Source: Mizuhopecten yessoensis
Lineage: Eukaryota
Assembly: GCF_002113885.1 (NCBI RefSeq)
Contig: NW_018404070.1
Location: 107,157-171,156 of the forward strand
Direction: 5' to 3'
Length of the DNA: 64,000 nt
Below are positions 28,561 through 42,303 of this stretch, piece after piece. Position numbers and translations under genes: made by a program. A model generated the notes under the pieces. The model was not told the DNA's origin and ran no database searches. It was given only the letters and a program-made list of their open reading frames with translations. The stretch's first letter is position 1, and each line of letters starts with the position of its first letter.

Positions 28561-29995
28561 CAATGGCTATCATAATGGAATCATGACAATTAGTAAATTG
28601 TTTGAGCTATGAAGAGGATACAAGAGGCTCTTCAACAGGTGGTGCCTTTATACCAGCTGGAGGTCTGATACTACATGTGTACATGTATCACTAAAAGTTA
28701 ATATACAGGATGTGACAAAATGGTTCACCGTACAAAACCTACATGAAGCCAGGTAAACATGCACTTCTGATCAAACTAATACCAAATTACGTTGACATAT
28801 TTATGAATGGAAATATCTGGAATCTTCGAGTTTTTTTAATTTTATTAATTGAAAACTTTAATATTAACAACTCCTGAATGTGAAAATCTTGTTTGTCAAT
28901 TTAATGTAAAATAAATGTGACTAAAAAAAAATGTGCTTTAACATTTTTGAATTGCATTGGCTTCCAATGTATTTTCTTGATGCATTTTTTTGTAATTTTG
29001 TTCAGTAAAATATATTTACTATAGACTAGTTTTTTGTGGATACTTGTATGGCTATCAAACAGATATAACAAACTTATTTCTGAAATCCCCTAGGATGGTT
29101 TATAAACATGTTTGTATATGCAGTCAGAATTCAACCAAATCATTAATCATCTTTTCAAATTTTATTATGATAATCCGAAAAATTTCTCTGGGATGAAATA
29201 CTTAGTACATGTACTCCACGCCTGATTGAGTACTTACTGAACCTGCGCACGCAAGCTGTCAATGAATAAGCCGTGTTGAGAAGTTGTTGTCACTAAACCA
29301 GGTTTTTAATGATTTGTTAGCTTTAAATTTCAGAATTTGTGTTTTTCATTATAAATACATGAGGATTTTCATGTTTCTGTATGTATTTCAGATAATATTT
29401 ATATCTCAGTAACGTTTTCTTCCACGTGAATTTCGATTTATGTTTAATTGTTTGCTGTAGGAGATTGTTTGTGATCACATGCCGAAAAAGTCTGTGCTGT
29501 GCATATTGACAAATTCAGGTGATCTAGCGTATATGTCGGGGAAAGTGATCCGTAGGTCAAATGGTGGATGTCCAGGGTCATCCCAGTAATTATCCGTTAA
29601 TGTCATACAAAATGATTATATGTGTATTTACATCTCTGTAGATTATCTGAAATACAAGGTAATTTAAGTGTGAATGTATTTATCTAGTTTAAACCACAAA
29701 GAAAATAAACGTCATGATTTTGTTGTTGGCATGATATGAAATGTGCCTTAGATTTCAGTGCTAGACGGTATTATTTATAATAATGATATGGAAGAAAAAA
29801 TCCATTGTGATTTGTGTTCTGTTTGACAGTGATTGCTGAAATTACACAATAGTTATTGAATGTCAAAGTGATTATCTAATCTTTGAATGTGTACGTAATC
29901 ATCGTTTTATCAATTCTGTCCTTATTATCTTAAGTTTTTGACATATAAACAGCATTGTCTGATTATTTAATACCATTTAATGTCACATGCTATAA

Positions 29996-32900
29996 CAGCA
30001 CAGTAATGGGACAACGTACTGGTATACCCTACCATTGATCCTGTGTTAGGTCTGTCAGCACAGTAATGGGACAACGTACTGGTATACCCTACCATTGATC
30101 CTGTGTTAGGTCTGTCAGCACAGTAATGGGACAACGTACTGGTATACCCTACCGTTGATCCTGTGTTAGGTCTGTCAGCACAGTAATGGGACAACGTACT
30201 GGTATACCCTACCGTTGATCCTGTGTTAGGTCTGTCAGCACAGTAATGGGACAACGTACTGGTATACCCTACCGTTGATCCTGTGTTAGGTCTGTCAGCA
30301 CAGTAATGGGACAACGTACTGGTATACCCTACCGTTGATCCTGTGTTAGGTCTGTCAGCACAGTAATGGGACAACGTACTGGTATACCCTACCGTTGATC
30401 CTGTGTTAGGTCTGTCAGCACAGTAATGGGACAACGTACTGGTATACCCTACCGTTGATCCTGTGTTAGGTCTGTCAGCACAGTAATGGGACAACGTACT
30501 GGTATACCCTACCGTTGATCCTGTGTTAGGTCTGTCAGCACAGTAATGGGACAACGTACTGGTATACCCTACCGTTGATCCTGTGTTAGGTCTGTCAGCA
30601 CAGTAATGGGACAACGTACTGGTATACCCTACCGTTGATCCTGTGTTAGGTCTGTCAGCACAGTAATGGGACAACGTACTGGTATACCCTACCGTTGATC
30701 CTGTGTTAGGTCTGTCAGCACAGTAATGGGACAACGTACTGGTATACCCTACCGTTGATCCTGTGTTAGGTCTGTCAGCACAGTAATGGGACAACGTACT
30801 GGTATACCCTACCGTTGATCCTGTGTTAGGTCTGTCAGCACAGTAATGGGACAACGTACTGGTATACCCTACCGTTGATCCTGTGTTAGGTCTGTCAGCA
30901 CAGTAATGGGACAACGTACTGGTATACCCTACCGTTGATCCTGTGTTAGGTCTGTCAGCACAGTAATGGGACAACGTACTGGTATACCCTACCGTTGATC
31001 CTGTGTTAGGTCTGTCAGCACAGTAATGGGACAACGTACTGGTATACCCTACCGTTGATCCTGTGTTAGGTCTGTCAGCACAGTAATGGGACAACGTACT
31101 GGTATACCCTACCGTTGATCCTGTGTTAGGTCTGTCAGCACAGTAATGGGACAACGTACTGGTATACCCTACCGTTGATCCTGTGTTAGGTCTGTCAGCA
31201 CAGTAATGGGACAACGTACTGGTATACCCTACCGTTGATCCTGTGTTAGGTCTGTCAGCACAGTAATGGGACAACGTACTGGTATACCCTACCGTTGATC
31301 CTGTGTTAGGTCTGTCAGCACAGTAATGGGACAACGTACTGGTATACCCTACCGTTGATCCTGTGTTAGGTCTGTCAGCACAGTAATGGGACAACGTACT
31401 GGTATACCCTACCGTTGATCCTGTGTTAGGTCTGTCAGCACAGTAATGGGACAACGTACTGGTATACCCTACCGTTGATCCTGTGTTAGGTCTGTCAGCA
31501 CAGTAATGGGACAACGTACTGGTATACCCTACCGTTGATCCTGTGTTAGGTCTGTCAGCACAGTAATGGGATAACGTACTGGAATACCCTACCGTTGATC
31601 CTGTGTTAGGTCTGTCAGCACAGTAATGGGACAACGTACTGGTATACCCTACCATTGATCTTGTGTTAGGTCTGTCAGCACAGTAATGGGACAACCTACT
31701 GGTATACCCTACCGTTGATCCTGTGTTAGGTCTGTCAGCACAGCAATGGGACAACGTACTGGTATACCCTACCGTTTATCCTGTGTTAGGTCTGTCAGCA
31801 CCGTAATGGGACAACGTACTGGTATACCCTACCATTGAGCCTGTGTTAGGTCTGTCAGCACAGTAATGGGGCAACGTACTGGTATACCCTACCGTTGATC
31901 CTGTGTTAGGGCTGTCAGCACAGTAATGGGACAACGTACTGGTATACTCTACCGTTGATCCTGTGTTAGGTCTGTCAACACAGTAATGGGACAACGTACT
32001 GGTATACCCTGCCGTTGATCCTGTGTTAGGTCTGTCAGCACTGTAATGGGACAACGTACTGGTATACCCTACCGTTTATCCTGTGTTAGGTCTGTCAGCA
32101 CCGTAATGGGACAACGTACTGGTATACCCTACCGTTTATCCTGTGTTAGGTCTGTCAGCACCGTAATGGGACAACGTACTGGTATACCCTACCATTGATC
32201 TTGTGTTAGGTCTGTCAGCACAGTAATGGGACGACGTACTGGTATACCCTACCGTTGATCCTGTGTTAGGTTTGTCAGCACAGTAATGGGACAACGTACT
32301 GGTAAACCCTACCGTTGATCCTGTGTTAGGTCTGTCGGCACAGTAATGGGACAACGTACTGGTATACCCTTCCGTTGATCCTGTGTTAGGTCTGTCAGCA
32401 CAGGAATGGGACAACGTACTGGTATACCCTACCGTTGATCCCGTGTTAGGTCTGTCAGCACAGTAATGGGACAATGTACTGGTATACCCTACTGTTGATC
32501 CTGTGTTAGGTCTGTCAGCACAGTAAAGGGACAACGAACTGGTATACCCTACCGTTGATCCTGTGTTATGTCTGTCAGCACAGTAATGGGACAACGTACT
32601 GTTATACCCTACCGTTGATCCTGTGTTAGGTCTGCCAGCACAGGAATGGGACAACGTACTGGTATACCCCACCGTTGATCCTGTGTTAGGTCTGTCAAAC
32701 CTCCCTGTCCTAAATACCCTCAGTACATTAAGGTTATTCTAGGTGGATACAGATGCTGTCAATAGTTCTGTCTAGCACAGACCAAAAACAGGTCTGTCAG
32801 CACAGTAATGGGACAACGTACTGGTATGCCCTACCTTTGATCCTGTGTTAGGTCTGTCAGCACAGTAAAGGGACAACGTACTGGTATACCCTACCGTTGA

Positions 32901-33397
32901 TCCTGTGTTAGGGCTGTCAGCACAGTAATGGGACAACGTACTGGTATGCCCTACCTTTGATCCTGTGTTAGGTCTGTCAGCACAGTAAAGGGACAACGTA
33001 CTGGTATACCCTACCGTTGATCCCGTGTTAGGTCTGTCAGCACAGTAATGGGACAATGTACTGGTATTCCCTACCGTTGATCCTGTGTTAGGTCTGTCAA
33101 ACCTCCCTGGCCTAAATACCCTCAGTACATTAAGGTTATTCTAGGTGGATACAGATGCTGTCAATAGTTCTGTCTAGCACAGACCAAAAACAGCAGCCTG
33201 GTATACTCTACCGTTGATCCTGTGTTAGGTCTGTCAGCTCAGTAATGGGACAACGTACTGGTATACCCTACCGTTGATCCTGTGTTAGGTCTGTCAAACC
33301 TCCCTGCCCTAAATACCCTCAGTACATTAAGGTTATTCTAGGTGGATACAGATGCTGTCAATAGTTCTGTCTAGCACAGACCAAAAACAGCAGCCTA
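29996..33397. repeat. 60-bp satellite, about 52 copies, with a triplicated right-hand junction
   Basis: Unit cagtaatgggacaacgtactggtataccctaccgttgatcctgtgttaggtctgtcagca. 24 identical units at 30121-31560. Confidence 0.98.
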
Positions 33398-33602
33398 CAT
33401 TGTCGCTGCAATCATAGACAAGTAGCTGATTATTTCACAGATACTACCCATACAATATAAAGTGTTGCAATTTTATACAGTAAAAATATAAATGAAAGAA
33501 AAAACATAAATGAAAGAAAAAACAGCCAGTTTTACAGAGTGAGACCTGTCTAAATGCAGCACATCATGGTGATAGGTCTTAGACAGTGCTGTATATCCCT
33601 TC

Positions 33603-33820
33603 GAGGCACAGTATTCTAGTGGTAGGACGCTGGGCTCGTGACCAGGGTTGCAGGTTCGAGTCACGTTACGGCACTGTGTTGTATCTTTGAACAAGAAACC
33701 TTACTCTTCTTGTTCCAGTCTACTCAGCCGTAAATGAGTATGTGGTTGGGCAGTGCTGGAATTGTTGAATGCTAGCTGTGAGCACCTGAATGGCAGCACA
33801 GGCTGTTTGCTCCCCAAGGG
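33603..33820 (+). mobile_element. tRNA-derived CORE-like SINE, 3'-truncated
   Basis: B box ggttcgagtc, CORE-like gtatctttgaacaagaaacctta. Same family as 59041-59390 on the minus strand. Confidence 0.75.
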
Positions 33821-33857
33821 TTCTCACTCGCTCTCAGTCCTGTTTGAGAGCGTCCTA

Positions 33858-34452
33858 AGTCATTCTCCATCAGTCAGTCACTCTCTGCCTCACTCTGCCG
33901 TTCTCTGTCAGTCACTCTCTGCCTCGCTCTGCCGTTCTCCCTCAGTCACACTCTGCCTCACTCTGCTGTTCTCCCTCAGTCACACTCTGCCTCACTCTGC
34001 CTCACTCTGCCGTTCTCCCTCAGTCACTCTCTGCCTCACTCTGCTGTTCTCCCTCAGTCACTCTGTGCCTCACTCTGCCATTCTCCCTCAGTCACACTCT
34101 GCCTCACTCTGCCATTCTCTCTCAGTCACTCTCTGCCACACTCTGCCGTTCTCCCTCAATCACACTCTGCCTCACTCTGTCGTTCTCCCTCAATCACACT
34201 CTGCCATACTCTGCTGTTCTCCCTCAGTCACTCTCTGCCATTCTCCCTCAATTACTCTCTGCCACACTCTGCCATTCTCCCTCAGTCACTCTCTGCCACA
34301 CTCTGCCATTCTCCCTCGGTCATTCTCTGCCGCACTCTGCCGTTCTCCCTCGGTCAGTCTCTGCCGCACTCTGCCGTTCTCCCTCAGTCATTCTCTGGCG
34401 CACTCTGCCATTCTCCCTCAGTCATTCTCTGCCGCACTCTGCCGTTCTCCCA
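33858..34452. repeat. CT-rich minisatellite (ctctgcc/ttctccctcagtca units)
   Basis: Degenerate ~25-36-bp units. Source of the 270-aa ORF. Confidence 0.9.
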
Positions 34453-35160
34453 TTTTACCATTATCATTCTGTCTATCTTCCCTTACAACCTGTTGTCCCT
34501 TCCCATCTGTTGGTCAAATTGAACTCAAAGTGAACGCATGCTATTATAACATATATTGCCCCTAAGTTATATTTCTATCACCAGGAAATATCTGAATTTC
34601 GGACAACAGGTGCTAACCCTAATGAGTGTAATTTGCTCTCCACACATTTAATCATACTTTTTTGCTTCCAATTTAAAGAATTATGTCCCTTTGTATGATT
34701 TTCTAACAACTGAACATCCTCCATCATAAATTCAATTCTTGTTATTTGATTTTGTGTTTAACTTATTGTCATCAGATAACAACTGCATTAATATACTGCT
34801 ATAAATTTAAGTAAGTAAAATAAGGCATTATGAGCAACAGATATCACATTTGGTATTTAGTCATATGGTGGATAGTTAGCCAGGTAAAAATAGTTGCAGT
34901 TAGATTTAATTAAGTAATTGGCAAAAAATGTCTAGTAACACTTTGTGCACGGACACTAAGCCATCGCTGAATATATGTCGGAATTATATAGATCTAACTC
35001 CGATCACAGGTACCATGTATCCTTAATGTAAGGGAGATAACCCATTATAATATAAATCACACCTCTAATCTGTACTGTACTAGAAATGACTTTTCACAGG
35101 CTTCTGTGTTAGGCTAAATAGTAACATCTTACCTATCAATAGTTACCTACTGCTGATTAA

Positions 35161-35243
35161 CTCATTCACCCCTGTAGACTATAATGGACTCACCCAGATA
35201 AATTTATGGTTGTGTCTACTAAAGTTACAAAGGGGTGAAAGGG
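35161..35243. mobile_element. ~83-bp piggyBac-like MITE, copy 1
   Basis: ttaa-ctcattcacccctgta...tacaaaggggtgaaaggg-tttaa. Homologous to 62938-63020. Confidence 0.65.
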
Positions 35244-35666
35244 TTTAACTTACAAATTTTTCTTGGTAATATTTAATTACAAATTTTATATTCTATATAT
35301 ATTTACTATTAGGGACAATCTCTCTCTTTTGCTTATCTACATGTGGGGTTATCTCCAAAGTGAATAAACAAATAGTCATTCTCTAGAATCCTACTTATCC
35401 AGAAAAAAGTGTGGGTATTCTTTTAGTATGTCCTATCTGTAATTCATGATACATACCGGTAGGTTCTAAGGTCAATCTAGTTTCTAGAATCTACAATTTT
35501 CCCAACCAGTCTGCTGTCTTCTTCAAAAGTTTAAATGCAGATTTGTGGCCCCTTATTTTTTCAGCCAATCAGATCTGTAGACCTACTTCCCGGTAAGATA
35601 ACATATAACACGTTTATCAGGGTGTTTTTTTTATCAAATACAGTAGGATTTTTTCTGATATGCTTT

Positions 35667-36763
35667 TTAGGTCACCTGAGACAAAGTCTCAAGTGACCTA
35701 TTGCGATCGCCTTTTGTCCGTCGTCGTCCGTCGTCCGTCGTTTGTCGTCCGACGTCCGTCGTTCGTCGTCCGTCGTGCGTCCGTAAACAATTTACATTTT
35801 CGACTTCTTCTCCAAAACCCCTGAACCAATTTCAATGAAATTTTGTAGGGACCTTCCATGGACAAAGGTCAACAAAAGTCGTTGCCGGTTTAGTCCTACG
35901 CCCCCAGGGGCCTGAGGGGCGGGGCCAAAAGGGGTCAAATTGACTAAAATTTCAAAAATCTTCTTCTCAAGACCCAGATATGGTAGAATCAAATACTCTT
36001 CATAGATGGAAGGGTCTTAAGGTGCTTTACCGAAATTGTGAATTTCTTGACCCTGGGGTCTCACGTTTCCCCCTGGGGAGGGGGTAAACTTTACTATAGT
36101 TTATATAGGGAAATCACATTTTGGACCAACATTTGTTTAATTTCCATTGGAAGTAATTCAATTTGGGTTAGCATTATCAGTATTAGGTAGCAGTTTGATA
36201 GTATGCACCTATGAGCCCTGACTGACCCCCAGGGGCTGATGGGTGGGGCCAAAAAGGGTTGAATTGACTGAAATTTCAAAAATCTTCTTCTCAAGACCCA
36301 GATATGGTAGAATCAAATACTCTTCATAGATGGAAGGGTCTTAAGGTTTATGACCCTAGGGTCTCACGTTTACCCCCTGGGGAAGGGGGGGGGGGGGGCA
36401 AAATTTATTATGGTTTATAATGGCAAATGATACTTTGAATATTACATGTTAATAACTTGATTGGAATTATAACCTTGAGTTGACAGTTTGATACTTTGAA
36501 AATTTTGAGCCAGCCCTACCCCCAAGGGCTGTAGGGTGGGGCTCAAGGGAGTCAGTGTGCTAAAATTTCTTCATTTTCCTTGTTTAGAATCAGAGGTGCT
36601 AGTTTCAAATCCTTTTTAGTCTGAAATCTGTATGCTTGATATTGAATAAGGTGGTTTTATTGTTTTTTGTCACTTTGAATAATATTTCTGTTCATGTTAA
36701 AAACGAAATCAACTCTCTGTATAAATATATCAGGTGACCGTTAAGGCCCATGGGCCTCTTGTT
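35667..36763 (+). mobile_element. HINE-like element, family A, full length
   Basis: 5' hairpin aggtcacctgagac-aaa-gtctcaagtgacct, (cgtc/gtc)n, internal ~324-bp repeat, 3' sub-TIR caggtgacc, palindrome aggcccatgggcct, terminus cttgtt, in a T-rich site. Confidence 0.92.
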
Positions 36764-37062
36764 ATTTTATTAGTGGTTACATATTACAAGTGTGACAAGG
36801 CCTCCAGATTGAATTCCTATTTTCAAGCACAAGCTCATCCTATCCAATAACAAGTAGATATTACTAACAAGTACTTAAACTGTCAGGTTACATGATTCTC
36901 TATTGGACACAGGAGGACAGTCTGTAACTAGAGCTGGTGAGATCATACATATTGTAGCACAAAGTTGTATAGTGTGTAAATGAGGACCAGGCTCTCTGAC
37001 TGACAAATCAGGACCACATTCCTCACTAGTATCATGGTTAGTACCTCCACACTTAAACTTCG

Positions 37063-40000
37063 AAGGGAGACACATATACTGTGGGAGACACATATACTGA
37101 GAGAGACACATACTGAGGGAGACATATACTGAGGGAGACACACATACTGAGGGAGACACATATACTGAGGGAGACACCTATACTGAGGGAGACACATATA
37201 CTGAGGGAGACACATATACTGAGGAGAACACATTAACTGAGGGAGACACATTAACTGAGGGAGACACATATACTGAGGGAGACACATATACTGAGGGAGA
37301 CACATATACTGTGGGAGACACATATACTGAGGGAAACACATATAATGTGGGAGACACATATACTGAGGGAGACACATATACTGTGGGAGACACATACTGA
37401 GGGAGACACATATACTGAAGGAGACACATATACTGTGGGAGACACATATACTGTGGGAGACACATATACTGAGGAGAACACATTAACTGAGAGAGACACA
37501 TATACTGAGGGAGACACATATACTGAAGGAGACACATATACTGTGAGAGACACATATACTGTGGGAGACACATATACTGGGGGAGACACATATACTGTGG
37601 GAGACACATATACTGTGGGAGACACATATACTGGGGGAGACACATATACTGTGGGAGACACATATACTGTGGGAGACACATATACTGAGGGAGACACATA
37701 AACTGAGGGAGACACATATACTGAGGGAGACACATTAACTGAGGGAGACACATATACTGTGGGAGACACGTATACTGAGGGAGACACATATACTGAGAGA
37801 GACACATATACTGAGGGAGACACATATACTGAGAGACACATATACTGAGGGAGACACATATACTGTGGGAGACACATATACTGAGGAGAACACATTAACT
37901 GAGGGAGACACATTAACTGAGAGAGACACATATACTGAGGGAGACACATATACTGAGGGAGACACATATACTGAGAGACACATATACTGAGGGAGACACA
38001 TATACTGTGGGAGACACATTAAATGAGGGGACACATGGACTGCTGGGGACACATGGACTGCTGGGGACACATGGACTGCAGGGAACATATAGACTGCAGG
38101 GGACACATGGACAGCAGGGGACACATGGACTGCAGGGGACACAGGCACTGCAGGGGACACGTGGACAGCAGGGGACACATGGACAGCAGGGGACACATGC
38201 ACTGGAGGGGACACATGGCTTGCAGGGAACACATGGACTGCAGGGGACACATGGACTACAGGGGACACATGAACTGCAGGGAGATACATAGACTACAGGG
38301 GACACATGGACTGCAGGGAGATACATAGACTACAGGGGACACATAGACTGCAGGGAGATACATAGACTACAGGGAGATACATAGGCTACAGGGGACACAT
38401 GGACTGCAGGGAGACACATGGACTGCAGGGAGACACATTGACTTTAGGGGACACATGGACTGCAGGGAGACACATGGACTGCAGGGAGATACATAGACTA
38501 CAGGGGACACATGGACTACAGGGAGATACATAGACTACAGGGGACACATGGACTGCAGGGAGACACATGGACTTTAGGGGACACATGGACTGCAGGGAGA
38601 TACATGGACTGCAGGGAGACACATGGACTGCATAGAGATACATAGACTACACGGGACACATGGACTGCAGGGAGATACATAGACTACAGGGGACACATGG
38701 ACTGCAGGGAGATACATAGACTACAGGGGACACATGGACTGCAGGGAGAAACATTGACTACAGGGGACACATGGACTGCAGGGAGATACATAGCCTACAG
38801 GGGACACATGGACTGCAGGCGAAACATTGACTACAGGAGATACATGAGCTGAGGGGGACACATGGACTGCAGGGGACACATTAACTGAAGGGGACACATG
38901 GACTGCAGGGGACACATGAACTGAGGGGGACACATGGACTGCAGGGAGATACATAGACTACAGGGGACACATGGACTGCAGGGGAAACATTGACTACAGG
39001 AGATACATGAACTGAGGGGGACACATGGACTGCAGGGGACACATGAACTGACGGGGACACATGGACTGGAGGGGACACAGGCACTGCAGGGGACACGTGG
39101 ACAGCAGGGGACACATGGAATGCAGGGAGACACATCGACTGCAGGGAGACAAATGGACTGCAGGGGACACCTGAACTGAGGGGGACAGATGGACTGCAGG
39201 GAGACTGCATAGAGATACATAGACTACCGGGGACACATGGACTTCAGGGGACACATGAACTGTGGGGGACACAGGGACTTCATGGAGATACATAGTCTAC
39301 AGGGGACACATTGACTACAGGGAACACATGAACGGAGGGCGACACATGGGCTGCAGGGAGACACATTGACTGCAGCCGTGACACAATACACATGGACTGC
39401 AGGGAGTCACATGGACTGCAGGCAGACACATGGACTGCGGGGGACACAGGGACTTCAGGGAGATACATGACCTGCGGGGGACACATGGACTTCAGGGGAC
39501 ACATGGACAACAGGGGACACATGACCTGAGGGGGACACATGGGCTGCAGGGGACACATAAACACATATACTGAGGGGAACACATATAATGTGTGAGACAC
39601 ATATACTGAGAGAAACACATATAATGTGAGAGACACATATACAGAGAGAGACACATATACGGAGGGAAACACATATTCTGCGTGAGACATATATACTGAG
39701 CGAGTCACATATAGTGAGGGAGACACATATCCTGCGGGAGACACATATACTATGGGAGACACATATAGTGAGGGAAACACATATTCTGCGTGAGACATAT
39801 ATACTGAGCGAGTCACATATAGTGAGGGAAACACATATTCTGCGTGAGACATATATACTGAGGGAAACGCATATAATGTGGGAGGCACATATACTGAGGG
39901 CGACACCTATACTGTGGGAGCCACATATATTGAGGGATACACATATAATGAGGGAAAAAAATATAATGTGGGAGACACATGTACTACAGGGGACACACGG

Positions 40001-40760
40001 ACTGCAGGGAGATACTTAGACTACAGGGGACGCTTGGACTGCAGGGAGATACAAGAACTGAGGGAGACAGATGGACTACAGGGGACCCATGGACTGCAGG
40101 GATACACATGGACTGCAGTGAGACGCATAGACTACAGGGGTCACATGGACTGCAGGACACATGGACTGCAGGGAACATATAGACTGCAGGGGTCACATGG
40201 ACAGCAGGGAGACACATGTACTTCAGGGGACACATGGAATGCAGGGAGACACATGAACTGAGGAGACACATATACTCAGGGAAACACATATACTGAGAGG
40301 CACATATACTGTGGTAGACACATATACGGTGGGAGACACATATACTATGGGAGACACATATAGTGAGGGAAACACATACAATGTGGGAGACACATATCCT
40401 GCGGGAGACACATATACCGTGAGAGACAAATATACTGAGGGAAACGCATATAATGTGGGAGGCACATATACTGAGGGGGACACATTGACTGAAGGGAGAT
40501 ACATAGACTGCAGGGAGACAAATGGACTGCAGGGGATACAGGAACTGAGGGGGAAACATGGACTGCAGGGGAAAAATGAACTGAGGGGGACACATATACT
40601 GAGGGGGACACATGGACTGCAGGGGACACATGAACTGAGGGGGACACAGGGACTGCAGGGAGATACATGAACTGAGGGAGACACATGGACTACAGGGGAC
40701 ACATGGACTGCAGGGAGACACATGGACTGCAGGGAGACACATGGACTGCAGCTGTGACAC
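37063..40760. repeat. 18/19-bp composite minisatellite with alternating A and B domains
   Basis: Type A gggagacacatatactga, type B ggggacacatggactgca. Source of the MCLPQY and VHVSPA ORFs. Confidence 0.96.
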
Positions 40761-42180
40761 AATTGACTGGACTGTCCTGTTATGTCTCAAGGACATGGTT
40801 CACTTATGCTCAATGATGCAAATATGTGTAAGATTAGCTGTCACATATGTGTGTGTGAGACACCTGTTATTTAGTATTATAAAGTGATACCTAATTAGTT
40901 TACCTGGAGGGGATGAAGTACTGAAGGAAAGAGCATGCCAAAAACACCTAGCCCCAATCTGTGTGTGATTATACACCTGTAAAACACAGGAGGAACATCT
41001 CCACAAGTCAATACTTCTAAGAGTGTGCGGGTCAAGTTGTTTAGGCTGTCTGTTGGGGGTCATTTTTGCACACAAAGTGCAGGTTCCTTACCCATCACCA
41101 CTGTGTTTTCTCACCCCTGAGCCATGTGGAACAGCTACAAGGTGTAAGTTATTCATACTGTATACCCACATGTTGTTGACATCCCAGAAACCTGTTTATT
41201 GGTACATTACATTGATTAAAACATCACGTACAACCATTTGGTGTGGATGACTAGAATGCTCCATAGCCACTTCGGTTTCATAATTTTTGTGTATTTTAAA
41301 ATTTGAAATGTAAAATAAATTCCAGGGGACTTAAGAAATAGTTTATAGATTAACTGGTGTATTTAACCCCTTTATCGTAGATGGTATCACTGGGTGTGAG
41401 ACAAATGATATATCAAGGCAATGCAAAAGTAGTTTCAAGTAGAAATTAATCAATTAAACCAAAATCAAATATTTGAATGTGGTTCCGAGTTTGTCATAAC
41501 AAAGTTTAACCAATTTGCTGAGACGTTCTGCCCAACTTTCAGAAAGTAAATGGCAACCATATTTAATCTGATTGCCACCTTGGTCTGAAATTAATGGAAA
41601 CAGTTCAGATAACAAAAGAAACAGGTGAACTATACAGGCCTAATGTGCCCCTTGTTGCAAGATATTCTATAACTTTAGTCAAGAAAGATATCCTCTATAA
41701 TTATATCATTACTAATAAGTGAGATGTGTCCCTGTACCAACTGTCAATTCAAGTACAACACTATTCAAATAGTAGCTACTGAGGTAGTGGTTACCTCAAA
41801 GTTGTTACTTTTGTCCTGAGATACAAAATGTTCAAGTTCATATAAGGAAGCTGTGTATTGTTTGAGTGTAACAGGAACTACACAATACAGAGCGTATATC
41901 CTATTGTTTCTAAACTGTTGATTCGTCAGCTTTTACACTATCATTGGAAAAATCCTTCCACTACCTAGAAACACACTTCAATAGTTGAACAGGATTGTCA
42001 TAATATCTGATTTCTTACGGTACTATTTGCCAGTCCTGTTTTGGACCGTAGCAGTATGAGTTAAATACTATGGTATCTTGAATACCTTTGTTATCTCAAA
42101 GTTGTGAAGTGACGTTGCATTTGTATCTATGTATTTCAAATTGAATAATCTGTTTACTTCGAAATGGTTTAATTGACATA

Positions 42181-42303
42181 CAGTCCAACTTGTATTAGGA
42201 GACCACTTTCGGAGGTCCATAAAGTGGTATCTTATTTCAGCTGGCCTCTGAAATCAGGCATCATTAATGACATGAAAATAAGTGCAATAGGGTGGGTTGA
42301 CTG
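42181..42303. mobile_element. Possible short pogo/Tigger-like MITE relic
   Basis: ta-cagtccaact...gggttgactg-ta termini with an internal inverted repeat accacttt/aaagtggt. Confidence 0.4.

Noticed and set aside
29967-33056. 595-aa and related minus-strand ORFs (SHYCADRPNTGSTVGYTSTL)n
   Set aside because: Pure translation of a 60-bp satellite. There is no ATG start, signal peptide or unique domain, and neighbouring units carry stops.
26115-33397. CRISPR-like appearance of regular, partly palindromic repeats
   Set aside because: Units are contiguous with no unique spacers, there are no cas genes, and the context is a eukaryotic intron.
33753-34565. 270-aa Ser/Leu/His-rich ORF
   Set aside because: Begins in a SINE and runs through a CT-rich minisatellite.
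36875-40796. Many overlapping Cys/Pro-rich or collagen-like ORFs (MCLPQY, VHVSPA, GTHGLQ)
   Set aside because: An 18-bp minisatellite open in several frames on both strands with frequent frame-breaking indels.
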